Of a stretch of DNA of 64,000 nucleotides, positions 27,384 through 38,256 are shown one piece after another. The notes beneath the pieces were generated by a model that had not been told where the DNA came from, did not search any database, and saw nothing but the letters and a program-made list of their open reading frames with translations. Origin of the DNA: Macrostomum hystrix (lineage: Eukaryota > Animalia > Platyhelminthes). The position numbers were made by a program, and so were the translations under genes. Every line of letters starts with the position of its first letter. The stretch's first letter is position 1. The stretch lies in assembly GCA_950097015.1 (NCBI GenBank), contig CATNEN010000039.1, forward strand, positions 14,756,001-14,820,000, read 5' to 3'.

Positions 27384-28442
27384 ATGTCCGACCAGGAGGG
27401 TGAGGTGGTGGAAGTGGTTGGAGTCAACCGCCCACCCAGAGGCCGCGCCGCAGCTGCGGCGCGCGCCGAACCCCCAGCGGCTGCTGCAGCACAGCAAGCC
27501 GACCCCGTGGAGCGCCTGGCGCTGCTTTTAGAGCGGCTAGAGGTGCGACGACCCCGGAACCACCGGGTCAAGGTTGCTATTGAACCCCTCGAATCCCGAA
27601 AGGATTCCTTCCCCCTCTGGCTTCGCCGATTTAACCTGAAGCTGGAGGCGGAGGGTGTCGAATCCGAGGAGGAGAAAATCCTCACCCTCCTCGCTCACCT
27701 GAGTGGCGAGCCCCTCACCGAAGCGCTAGGGTTGCCCCGCCGGGTGACCTACCTTAGATTCGTGCAGGATCTGACCGAGGCCCTTAGTGGCGCCTGCACC
27801 CCCTACGCCCGGCTGCTGAGCGGGCGTAATTTGAAGCAAGGACGGGACGAGACGTACCCCGCCTTCGCCGATAGACTCAGAACAGCGGCCCTGCAGGCCA
27901 CCCCCAACGGCCACGGTGTGCACTTCGAGCGCGCCTTGCTGGCCTCTTTTATGGAGGGGATAGTGGCCCCACCCGAGGTGTTGGCACCCATCATGCGGAT
28001 GGAATTTGCCACGGCTGAGGCCGCCGCCGCCGAGCTGCGTGCTGCCACGCAGGCGCATGAAATGGCGGTGGAGCGGGACCCTCGCCGGCGAGTGCGCCAA
28101 ATCAGGACAGGTTCAGATGACGAACCGGACCAGCCAGAGCCGCAGCACGGGCTGCTGGCAGAATTAACCAAGGTGACCCAGCAGCTAGCCGAGATTTCTC
28201 AGCAGCTGCGGGAAGCCAAGCCCAACTCCATCCCCCCTCTCTGCCCACACCCAAACGGGCATCAGTGGCACCCGAAGCGTGTAGAACACGGGGCTGCTGG
28301 CGGAGCGAATCGTGAGGTGGCGAAGGGAAATGGGAACGGGGCCGCCAATTGGAGGCAGTCCCACGGCCCCGAGACCCAGCCCGCAGCTCGACAGTCGGAG
28401 CGGCGGCAGCCGCCGCCTCCGACCTCCGAGAAGTCCGAGTGA
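27384..28442 (+). CDS. gag: Retrotransposon Gag (capsid), 352 aa, no canonical CCHC knuckle
   Basis: WLRRFNLKLEAEG...LLAHLSGEPL...TY...KQGRDETYPAFADRL (major-homology-like region)...LLASFMEGI. Confidence 0.88.
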   Translation: MSDQEGEVVEVVGVNRPPRGRAAAAARAEPPAAAAAQQADPVERLALLLERLEVRRPRNHRVKVAIEPLESRKDSFPLWLRRFNLKLEAEGVESEEEKILTLLAHLSGEPLTEALGLPRRVTYLRFVQDLTEALSGACTPYARLLSGRNLKQGRDETYPAFADRLRTAALQATPNGHGVHFERALLASFMEGIVAPPEVLAPIMRMEFATAEAAAAELRAATQAHEMAVERDPRRRVRQIRTGSDDEPDQPEPQHGLLAELTKVTQQLAEISQQLREAKPNSIPPLCPHPNGHQWHPKRVEHGAAGGANREVAKGNGNGAANWRQSHGPETQPAARQSERRQPPPPTSEKSE

Positions 28443-28873
28443 ATGCACTCGGCCGAGTCCCCACCCGAGTGCGAACCCGCCCAAATCGCTCTGAGCAGCT
28501 TAGTGAGGTGTGGGTCGCCTTGGAAGTGGAAGGGACACCCCTAGACCTCCTCATCGACACAGGGTCTATGGTAAATGTGCTCCCGGACTCGTTGTCATCA
28601 ATCTTTCAACACTACCCATTCGAACCCCCGCAATTTTCTCTTTTTGCTTATAATGGAACACCCATTGTTGCACAGGCGCAGGTCAGGGTCAAATTACAGG
28701 TTGGCACCGAAGCGCTGGACACCGTGTTCTTAGTGGTTGAGGGCGACTGCTCTCCCCTGCTCGGTGCCTCCTGGTTGGCTCATCATCATGCCATCGTTGA
28801 CTTTGACTCGCGCCACTTAATCATATATCGTCAATTTCTCCCCTTTTCACTCAGGCGGAAGGCTAAATTTTAA
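28325..28873 (+). CDS. Retropepsin aspartic protease, expressed as Gag-Pro by -1 frameshift
   Basis: LLIDTGSMVNVL...LFAYNGTPI...SPLLGASWL; slippery G_GGA_AAT at 28325-28331 in the gag frame; the -1 frame stays open to the stop at 28873. Confidence 0.88.
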   Translation, partial: GKWERGRQLEAVPRPRDPARSSTVGAAAAAASDLREVRVNALGRVPTRVRTRPNRSEQLSEVWVALEVEGTPLDLLIDTGSMVNVLPDSLSSIFQHYPFEPPQFSLFAYNGTPIVAQAQVRVKLQVGTEALDTVFLVVEGDCSPLLGASWLAHHHAIVDFDSRHLIIYRQFLPFSLRRKAKF

Positions 28874-29024
28874 ATGAGGGTCACCGTGACCTAGGGTCAA
28901 TCACCATTTTCTTTCCTCGCCCACCCCACCCCCTCCTCTGGTCGTCGACTTATTTAAGTAAGGGCTGGGAAAGCTAAGCAGGAAAGTTTTATTCTAGTTT
29001 AAGAACGAAGGAACTAGTTCAGAC

Positions 29025-29606
29025 ATGGCAAGCTTTGGCACCGTCCTGGCGTGGTGGCTAGAAGTGGCCGCCACGGATTATCGCCGCGAACTGGCAGGGA
29101 AGAGGACCTGGCTGATGGTCCGCCTGTGGCTGTTACCCATGATAGGACGAGCGGCCCAAGCAGGCGTTGACCTCGCCCTTGCCTGCCAGCTGGCAGAATC
29201 TAGGTGGCTGGCCCAGGCGTGGTGCGAAGAGCGGGACCCTCTGCCGCCTAGGGGAGAAGACGAGGCAAACCTCCCTTGGAACCTGCGGTGGATGGAGTAC
29301 AGCCCGCCAGAGGATTGGAGCATTACCATACCCGATGAGCTCGCGTCCTGGCTGCAAGCCAAGAGGATCCCAGGACAGGAAGAGTTGGAGCACCAGCTGG
29401 TCATGCGCCGGATCGGGATGCCAGAGATCACCCTGCGGTCAGCGGCAGACCCGGATTGGCGTGAGTGGCTCCACGGACATCGCATCGCCGAAGAGCCACC
29501 GCCCGGGGACAGCACGCTCGGCCGCATGGTGAGAGAGATGGAAGGCGAAGAAGCTAGCGAGGGACCGGTGGAAAGTACGCCCATCAAGGAGGCGGCCGAA
29601 GAATAG
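29025..29606 (+). CDS. ORF3, unknown Trp-rich protein (193 aa) in the env position
   Basis: ATG in good context (gacATGG), GC-rich coding-like island between AT-rich flanks, candidate splice acceptor ttttattctag at 28997. Confidence 0.7.
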   Translation: MASFGTVLAWWLEVAATDYRRELAGKRTWLMVRLWLLPMIGRAAQAGVDLALACQLAESRWLAQAWCEERDPLPPRGEDEANLPWNLRWMEYSPPEDWSITIPDELASWLQAKRIPGQEELEHQLVMRRIGMPEITLRSAADPDWREWLHGHRIAEEPPPGDSTLGRMVREMEGEEASEGPVESTPIKEAAEE

Positions 29607-31970
29607 GAAAGCGCAAGGTAGGGTCAACCGAGGTAGTGACCGTAGAATAGTAGGAACAGGACCACTATCCGTTAGGCCCCTGTCCCCTGTCCCCCCTTTG
29701 TCCTTTTCCTTTTTTTCTCTCCCCTTTAATAATAATGCGCACTCTGCACCGTTTGTTCTCTTCTTCCTATTGTGCATGTTTTCCCTTTTCATCTAAAGCC
29801 GCCTTGGCCAAAAATCTCACACAAAAACTCTTATAATTTTAGCCAAAACCACAAAAATACACATAGTGGGGTGAAATTCCCCTGATACTTTTTTCATAAG
29901 ATGCTTATCTAATTGTAGCAAACTAGGGAATGCACCTTCTTTTCTCAGATAGCATTTACTCTTATTCGCACCACATCATGCATGGCACCTTTGTTTTATC
30001 TTTTTTACTTCTAGTGGGTCTGTGGGAGTTCAATTTAGGACAACTTCTAAATTAGGAGGGACACCAACCCGCTAAAGTGAGCGGGGTGGTATGCCTTGGG
30101 AAATTCTATGCTTCTTTAAGGGTGGGAAGGCGGTTCAAATCAAAAAAAGGCCATCTCGGCGCCAAAACCTCTTAAAAACTTATATAAACTAATCAAAATC
30201 CAAAAACATATTTAGTGGGGTGAAATTCCCTTTCGTAAGAATTTTCGCATGAAACATTGTTGTATTAACTGCCGCAAACTAGGGTTCGCACCTACTTTTC
30301 GCAAACTTGCTTATCTTACATGTTCTCTATGCTTGGTTTCGGGAGTTTAGCTATACCGGCTTCTATTTAGGGGGTATACCAACCCGCTAAAGTGAGCGGG
30401 GTGGTATGTTTCGGGAATTTTCTTCTTAATGTTTGTTTAAAGAGTGGGCGGTCGTAAATCAAGAGGCCGGTAGGATCAGGTATTCAAACTCTGGGAGGGA
30501 AAACAATCTGGCTGTTTCAATGAACGACAGATTTTAAAAATGATAACTTTTCCTTTGTTAGGATTAGAGGGGTCAGAAAAAAAAAACATTATTTGGGAGC
30601 CAGAAGTTAGCAGCTGGGCATTCAAATCTAGGTACCTGGAGGGGTAGAATAGTAATAAATCGCATGAATTAAGGTTCCAGACGTTTCAAAACTCATTGAC
30701 AGTCTATCAGTTAGTTTTTTTTGGTTACTAGGCGGTTGTAAAACTTGAGCAGTAATGTTCATCTAGGAATAGAGCGGGTAATTGCATTTCAAATAACTCA
30801 CAATGTAATCTATCTATATTTGGGGGAGGGTTTGTCACAGTTCGGGTCGGGGTCAATTCCAAATCAGTGGGACATTTCAGAGTGCCGTGGGTAAAAAGGG
30901 AATTCGATTTATCCTAACTATTATGACATAACCCTCGCAATTATCCTTAATAACCGGCCTTGGGGGGCCGAGTAGAAGCCAAATCACTCACCTCTCTCCT
31001 TCAGGCAGTTGCTCGGCCATGATCGCGGGTAGCAGTCGACAAAAATAATAATGGCAGGATAAATCCAGGAAGTTCGCTGGCAGAGATTAGCTTAGTTGAT
31101 GTTTTAGATAATGTGTCGAAATAGGTTTAGAGATAACAGGCTTGGAGTCAATGGGGCGTCAAGTGTTTGCTTTTATAGGGCTAATTTAGGGAGACGTGGC
31201 GGTCTAACCGCCAGCCAATGGGAGCAAAGTGGGAATTCCGGGCAGAACCAGTTTAGGGGGCTCATGGTAACAGTTTAGTTGTTGGGGCCCTGACCTTTTC
31301 GGTGAGGAGACACCTCGGCCGGCAACAGCATCACAAGCGGCCTGAGCAGCGGTTTCCCCAGCTGCGACCAGCTGCAGCGCCGATTGGGCCGCGCGCAACG
31401 GCTAGGCAACCGGCCCGACGAGAATTTTCGGGCCCGGCCAGCTGAAAACACCTGGGCGCGCGGCGAATCAGAGGCTACCACGGCCCGGCAACGGAATCGG
31501 GAAGGCGCGAACGGACCAACCAACCCGGAGCCACCTGGGGAAGAGCACGGCCGGACCCTCGGACTTAAGGAGAAAACGGCCGGAGCCTCCCGGGATTGCG
31601 CAACCGAGACCAAGCCGGGCAGGGAAAGACGGGGACAGCTGCAGCCACCTGGAGGAGAAGGCGAGCCGGGACACGGCACCCCTGGGCAACGAGAACAACC
31701 TTAACTCAGCCGGAATGCGCACCCACCTCCCCTCAGGACTCTATCCCTTAGTCGCTAGGGGCGCCGACCTTTACACTCTCGCACACAATCTATTTATAGC
31801 AGTATTGTTACGTACGATGACCTAGGATTTCTTCTCTAGCGGATTTCTTCTTAAGGTTCTTTACGGTATACAGTAGGGTAATGTAAGTTTTTGCCCCCTC
31901 GATTCGCGGCACACCCCACTACTGACAGTAAGCACGTAAGTGCCTTACGTGAAAGTGAGCGAAGGCGGTG

Positions 31971-34306
31971 TGATGTGGAGTGTACTTCGGAATCGAGTGG
32001 GGTTGTGAGCCAGCCTAATTTTTCCAATTTTTAGCAAGTCAATAATCGCGACCCACATAGCAGCTGGCCGCAGAACACCATCATTAATCTTAGGGCCAGA
32101 CTTGGGGCGGAGGTGAATTAAGTAGCCGCCGATTCCCTTTGTCTCGGATCTGTCTAGTCCCCTGTAGGAGTGACTGATCGCGGAAATAGCAATACTGTAT
32201 GGACTAGTTTAAGTTATAATTCCCCTCCAAACCGCGATCAGGTTGTCGGGATCACTCATGCGTTTAGAGTGAGCTTTAATTCTTCATGTCCCTCTTCTTT
32301 ACTGTAACCCGAGCCGAAGCTCGATTATGACCTTTCCCCCTTTAGATACATGTAACGACACTATAGGCAGGTCGGCGCCTGCGCTTCCCATATCCCGGCG
32401 GGATCACAATCATTGGCCGACTGCCGGCAGACGCTCCTAGTGGGGCATCTGGCGATTCTCGCCGCCGCTTCAGTGGGCAATTGGGGTGGCATTATGCCGA
32501 CCCGATTCCTCGCTGACAGGCCGGCGAGCATGTGGGTTATTTTGATGAATGCGAGGTTGGCGGAGCTGCAGGACTATTTAAGGAAGCGCGCTGCGCTGCC
32601 CCTAGGAAAAAAAGCTTCCCGAACCCTCCCCCGAACCTACCCTTTCCGCCCTTACAACCTTTTTCCCTTGTCCGGTCCCGGAACTCGGTCCGTGGACTCT
32701 CCCCCTTCTAGGCTAGCACTTAGTCCCTGAGCCTAAGGCTCCAGAGCATAGCAGCAGGCAACTACCTGCTAGTGCCCTTAAGCGCAAGCCACCTCCTTAG
32801 GTGCGCTCCAAATTGAGCCTTGAGCTCCCTGCAGTCTGGCCCCTTGCCAACTGTACTCAGCAATCCCTCACCTTTTCTCCCGTTCATTTGCATTCCCCCG
32901 CGAGATCGACGGCCTGCAGCCTGTCAACCAGCGTAGTCAGATAAGTAACCCGCGCAGCGGACTTTTATTGCTATCCCTAAGGGATTTACTATTTAGCTAG
33001 TGGGTAATAAGGGCAAGGGCAAGGATTTGATTTAGCCTAATAAAACTATTAAATCACAGCTTATCTAACTTATTGGGCAACTTAATAACAACTTGAATCC
33101 TTTTTACTATGCATTTCACTTTCTCTTATTTTATCGTTAGACAGCCCTCGATCATGAGTGGCTAACTTATTAGGGGGATGGGCTCTGGTGATGCCTAGCT
33201 GAAAGCTGCGGCAGGAGGATAACTGTGAGCGCGCATGAAAGTAATAAGGAGCTAGGGATTTGCGAGTAATATGCGGAGCGTAGCATGTGTTTCTCTGCTA
33301 GGGGTGGGGGAATTCCTTGGCGGGTTTTTCCTCTCTTTCTGGCAGATCAAGGAGTGCGTGTCAACCTCCCTTGTCAATTAGTGTTTCCCTTCTGTTCCCC
33401 GCCTCTCGCTGCCGCCGCCATGGGAGCGAGGGGTGTGATCTAATAATCACCGCTTGCATAATCACTCAGCCAGTGTTCTGCTCAATCTCTCCTGCCTCTG
33501 ATTTCCTCATCTCACACAGATTCGGATTTGCTAGTTATTTAATGTGTAGGCTGCAATCTAATGTACGGAATGTGTCTAATGTCTCATGAGTAGGATTCTG
33601 GCTATGGATTTCTCATTCGGGTTCGGAGTACCACCTTTCTAGACCACTGTAGCGCAGTTTCAGGAATCCCCTTGTGAGGCGTGACTCGATCCATTCTGGG
33701 GTTCTCACCCTAGTCTAAAACGGAAGTTACAGAATGCTCTATTTTTCGGCTTGTCTAAGATCTGTGTGACAAACTGGGAGCCGCGAGCTCCGGGGACCCA
33801 AGTTCCCAAATGTCTGCGGTGGCAACGTAGGCGCATTGGGTGGTGGCGCTACCTTCGATCATTATCCGCTTTGCCGATAGCCTTTCCGCATTTCTAAGAC
33901 AAGAGCCTAGGCCGAGTCGACCACTGCTACCAAAGTTAGGAGTCAGTTACGAACATGCTACTGATGACAGTAGGCTATCTAGCCCTGTCCTATTCGCTTG
34001 CGGGTAGTCCGACATCTATTTAGACTTTTAGCCGGTTTCGAGCACTGCTTGGGGTGGGCACGGCAGTCATGCCTGTGGCCTATGGGTTGGGTGGGACTGG
34101 CCAGCCTGAGGCCAATAGGACCACTCACTTGCATCCTTTGTACCGCCCCATCTCTCCCTTCATCTCTCCCTTCATCCCTCCCTTCGTCATCCCTCTCTGC
34201 GACAACTCGCGGCAGCAGCGATCGACCTCCGACTCTATCGTCGTTTTCCACACTCCTATCTTTCATGAGGGCGGTCATCGGCTAGCAAAAGACCCGCACT
34301 AGTTCA
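31971..34306 (+). repeat. 3' LTR (2,336 bp)
   Basis: Copy of 23720-26055, followed by TSD TTGA. Confidence 0.95.
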
Positions 34307-34831
34307 TTGATGTGATTGAAGAAAATTAACTAGTTGGGATGAGTGAGCCAGTAATCGGGCGGATCGGGCCCTCTGTTCTACCAAAAAACTCGTGGGCGAG
34401 AAAAGCAATGACGCAATACCAACCAATTGAGATTATCGGCCCTGTTCTGTGCTACGAACGCAGGCGCGGGCGAGAAAAAGCACGGATGCAATCAAATAAA
34501 ACTAACTCGTACATGATGTCGGGCACATTATTCTAAAGATGAAAAATGACCTTAAAAGTATAGCAGAAGATGACTGCTTTTTTCGAATATTTAGTGCCTC
34601 TAGAATGAAGCAAATGATTAGCAAATAAATGTGTACCATCTCGTTAGGAAGGCGAATCTCTTAGTGAAAGAATAGCGAAAATCGGACAACGCGTTCGCTA
34701 AAACAACGACAATATCACTTTTTACATTCAGTTAATTGAGACACATTGTTTTCATTTTAAGTAGCTACCTATTATTGACAATTGGCTATAGTAATGAAGA
34801 TACAATCTTCATTGCGAAATGGGTGAGCCAG

Positions 34832-35288
34832 TGTTGTGAGCTGCGTCTCACAGTGACCTTGCCCCGACCCCTGCGTTTCTAACCCTCCCACCCCGGCCAC
34901 CTGCTCAACCCAGTTCTGGCCGGCGCCGGCTTAGGCCACCCTCCTTTATCGTTGGTTGTCGTTCGCCCATTGGCTGCCCCATGCGCCGTCCTCGCTAGTC
35001 CAATCAGGCCTCTCGCCAAGGAGACTTCTGATTGGCTAGCCGGTCTCCTTCTCTCTCTCTCTCTGCTCAGCCTTGTGTTTTTGCCCCACCCCAGTCCTGC
35101 GTGGCTTAGCCCTACCCCGTCCAGCCCTATGCCCTCGCCCCCACCCCACGCTGTTATTTATTAGCGCGCGCTGCCCGTGGCCAGCCCTGCGCCTCCCGAG
35201 TACTATTGCGAGAAAGTTGCCCTCAGTTAGAGCGAACTTAAGAGTAAGAAGCGAACGATCAATAATAAACTACGCAGCCTGAACTACA
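34832..35288 (+). mobile_element. Possible solo-LTR-like fragment
   Basis: TGTTGT...CTACA ends, multiple CCAAT boxes, TATTTA, AATAAA; no TSD found. Confidence 0.35.
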
Positions 35289-35504
35289 ATACTTGCCATG
35301 AGTGCCGCGTTCAATCCCACCCGGTAAGAAAGGATTCACGAGTTATTTATTTGTCCGTGCTCAAACCTTGTTCCTCTGCCCGACCTCTGCTACTGCCAAA
35401 AGCTCATCATCATCCTTCTCCTCCAGAGTCTTCCCTCGATCTCCTCCACCATCAATTTCAATAAGTAATAGAAAATTGTAAAACGAACGAACTTTGTGCA
35501 CCAG

Positions 35505-35851
35505 GAACGCCGCAAACTGGCCACGAAATCCGCCACTGACTCGGTGCTGGCCCTCACGCGCTGATAGAAATGAAAACGCTGCACAATTTCAGAAGGCTCC
35601 GGCTTCCAGTGCTCCTTTAGTTTTTGGCAAATGTTTGCGTAGCTCGTCTCCGATGGCTTTTCCGGGGCCAGCAGGCTGCAAATCAGCTTGAATGTATCCT
35701 TGCCACAGACACTGAGGAAGACAGCTAGCTTTTTGTCTTCGGACTCTATGTCGCTTGCAATGAAAACTTGCTCCACTCTTTCCTTGTACTGCAGCCAGTC
35801 CTCATTTTCAGGCTCAAATGGACCGATGCTACACAGTAGGCCCGTGGCCAT
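35505..35851 (-). pseudogene. gag: Truncated Mag-clade Gypsy gag
   Basis: IGPFEPENEDWLQYKERVEQVFIAS...FLSVCGKDTFKLICSLLAPEKP...EIVQRFHFYQRVRASTESVADFVASLRR; preceded on the minus strand by LTR end ...ATTACA (35870) and PBS-like TGGCACCGAGG. Confidence 0.85.
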
Positions 35852-35947
35852 TAGTCACCTCGGTGCCACTGTAATGAAGTCAGCGTGGCTTGCAGAGAGA
35901 AACGATTTTTAGAGCAGGCCAAGCCTAGCTCTCTCAATATATACAAG

Positions 35948-38110
35948 TGTGGCGGTCACGTCGAGCCAGGAAGGCCGGCGCTATGTGCATAAACGCTGTG
36001 CGTTGACTGGCTGCCCTGTGTACACCGCTGGCAAATATAACTTAAGACCTTTACTTGGTGCGCCTTACCCCTTCTTCTGCCAAATAAAATTTACGTGGCT
36101 CAACTCGCCACATTGGTGAGCCCGACTCTCAACCGCCTGTTTGAGAAGAACCCCTCAGTATGTCAACTGAGTCTGCAGTGGCCCTCAAGCTGCCCACGTT
36201 CTGGGCCAGCCAGCCTCGCGCCTGGTTCATCCAGGCAGAGGCGCAATTCGTCCTCTGCAACATCACGCAAGACAATATCAAGTACTTTCACCTCGTAGCT
36301 GCGCTGGACCAGCAGTCGGCCGAGCGCCTGCTGGACGTGCTTGAGAACCCGCCGGAGGAGAACAAGTACGGCGAGCTCAAGGCCCGCCTCCTCGGCACCT
36401 TCGGCCTGACGCAGCAGCAGCGTGCCAGCCGGCTGCTCAACCTGGCCGGCCTCGGTGACCGCCGCCCGTCCGAGCTCATGGACGAAATGCTGGCCCTGCT
36501 CGGCAACCACCGGCCCTGCATGATCTTCGAGGAGCTGTTCCGCCAGCAGCTGCCGACCGACATTCGCCTAGCACTCGTGTCCGCGGATTTCGCAGACCCG
36601 CGCGCAGTTGCTCGACTCGCGGATGAACTCTGGGCGAGCCGGGCGCAGCCCCTGGCCACAGCCACCCTGCCGCCAGAGCACCCGCCGGTAGTTGCTGCCA
36701 CCGCTCGCCCAGCCGCAGCAGCACCAGCCGATGGAGGCCGACGGCCTCATCTGTTTCTTCCACCGGAAGTTCGGCGCCAAGGCCCGGCGTTGCGAGCCGC
36801 CATGCCGGTTCTCGGGAAACGGGCCGGCCGGCCATCAGTGAACGCCTCGACGGCCGGCAGCAACAACCTCCTGCTCATCCCCGACGTAGCCACGGGCCGG
36901 CGCTTCTTGGTCGACACCGGAGCTGAGGTGAGCATTTTCCCTGTCTCTGGTGCAGACGCCCGCTCGCACACACCCGGCCCGCCGCTGTTCGCGGCCAACG
37001 GCAGCCTGATCCGGACGTTCGGCAGCCGGACGCTAACGCTCGACCTCGGCGTCAAGACCTGCACCGGGCCGTTCATCCTGGCCGAGGTTTCGCGGCCATT
37101 GATCGGCGCGGATTTCCTGCGGCACCACGGCCTGCTGGTGGACAAACCGCCGGCTGCTCGACACTAGCTCGCTGTCCAGCGCCCACCTGCTGCTTGGGTC
37201 CGGACCGGTTCCGCAGCTCGCCGCCGCAGTCGCTGGGGACCCGTACAGCCAGCTGGTCGCGGAGTTCCCGACGCTGACAGAGCTGAGTTTCCAGAAAGCC
37301 CGGCCGCTCCACGGGGTCAAACACCATATTCCTACGACGGGCCCCCCCGTCCACGCCCGGGCGCGCCGCCTGCCGCCTGGCTGTGGCCAAGGAGGAATTC
37401 CGCAACCTAGAGCAGCTGGGCATCGTGCGGCGGTCTTGCAGCCCCTGGTCTTCGCCACTGCACATGGTGCCAAAATCCTCCGGTGGTTGGCGGCCCTGCG
37501 GCGACTTCCGGTGCCTCAACGACGCCACGGTGCCCGACCGCTACCCAGTGCCGCACATCCAGAACTTTTCTGCGCGGTTGTCCGGGTGCAAAACTTTCTC
37601 AAAGATCGACCTGGTGCGGGGCTACCACCAGATTCCGGTTGCCGAGGCCGACATCGCCAAGACGGCCGTTATCACGCCATTCGGCTTGTTTGAGTTCCTC
37701 CGGATGCCATTCGGAGTCAAAAACGCCGCCCAGGCCTTCCAACGGCTGATTGACACGGTCTGCCAGGGCCTGGACTGTGTGTTCGCCTATATTGACGATT
37801 TCCTAGTGGCGAGCAGCGGCCCTCACCAGCATCTGGAGCACCTGCGCACGCTGTTCCTGCGCCTGACAGACAACGGCCTCCTCGTCAATCCAGCCAAGTG
37901 CCAGTTTGGCCGCAGCGAAATCGACTTTCTGGGCCACCGCATCAACAGCCGGGGCGCCGTGCCGCTACCAGACAAAGTCGAAGCCATCGCCCGATTCGCA
38001 CCGCCCGCGACCGTCAAGGGCCTGCAAGAGTTCGCCGGCATGGTGAACTTCTATCACAGGTTCGTGCCGCGAGCCGCCCAGCTGCTGCGCCCCATCTACG
38101 GCGTCCTGGC
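35948..38110 (+). mobile_element. 3'-truncated CsRn1-clade Gypsy: 5' LTR 35948-36112, PBS, gag-pro-RT with frameshifts
   Basis: LTR TGTGGCG...CGCCACA; PBS TGGTGAGCCCGAC (tRNA-Trp-like); gag LKLPTFWASQPRAWFIQAEAQF; CHCC motif CFFH-x9-C-x3-C in a shifted frame; GGGAAAC slippery site; FLVDTGA protease; RT with YIDD; no RNase H, IN or 3' LTR. Confidence 0.88.
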
Positions 38111-38120
38111 CAGCATCTAG
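36160..38120 (+). pseudogene. gag-pol pseudogene (indels before ~36730, near 37143 and near 37380; ends after RT)
   Basis: ORFs 36160-37167 and 37383-38120, plus an intervening frame NRRLLD...[23 protein letters not shown]. Confidence 0.85.
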
Positions 38121-38256
38121 TCCTCGGTGACAGGCTGCCACTACAATTTATTGATCTACAGTCCACTTTGGTTGCTGCAAAATGTTAGTGATTTTTTATT
38201 TTTATTTTGATTTGTTCAATTCACAAGGATCCACAGCTAGTTACATGTTTTAACTA

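Larger units (their letters stand above)
23720..34306 (+). mobile_element. Complete non-autonomous Ty3/Gypsy-like LTR retroelement (gag-pro-ORF3, no RT/RNase H/IN)
   Basis: Direct repeats 23720-26055 and 31971-34306 (offset 8251), TGA...TCA ends, 4-bp TSD TTGA, PBS at 26057, purine-rich tract 31951-31970. Confidence 0.93.

Noticed and set aside
29865-29882. FMN-riboswitch-like GGGGTGAAATTCCC
   Set aside because: Remaining riboswitch motifs are absent and the context is a eukaryotic retroelement
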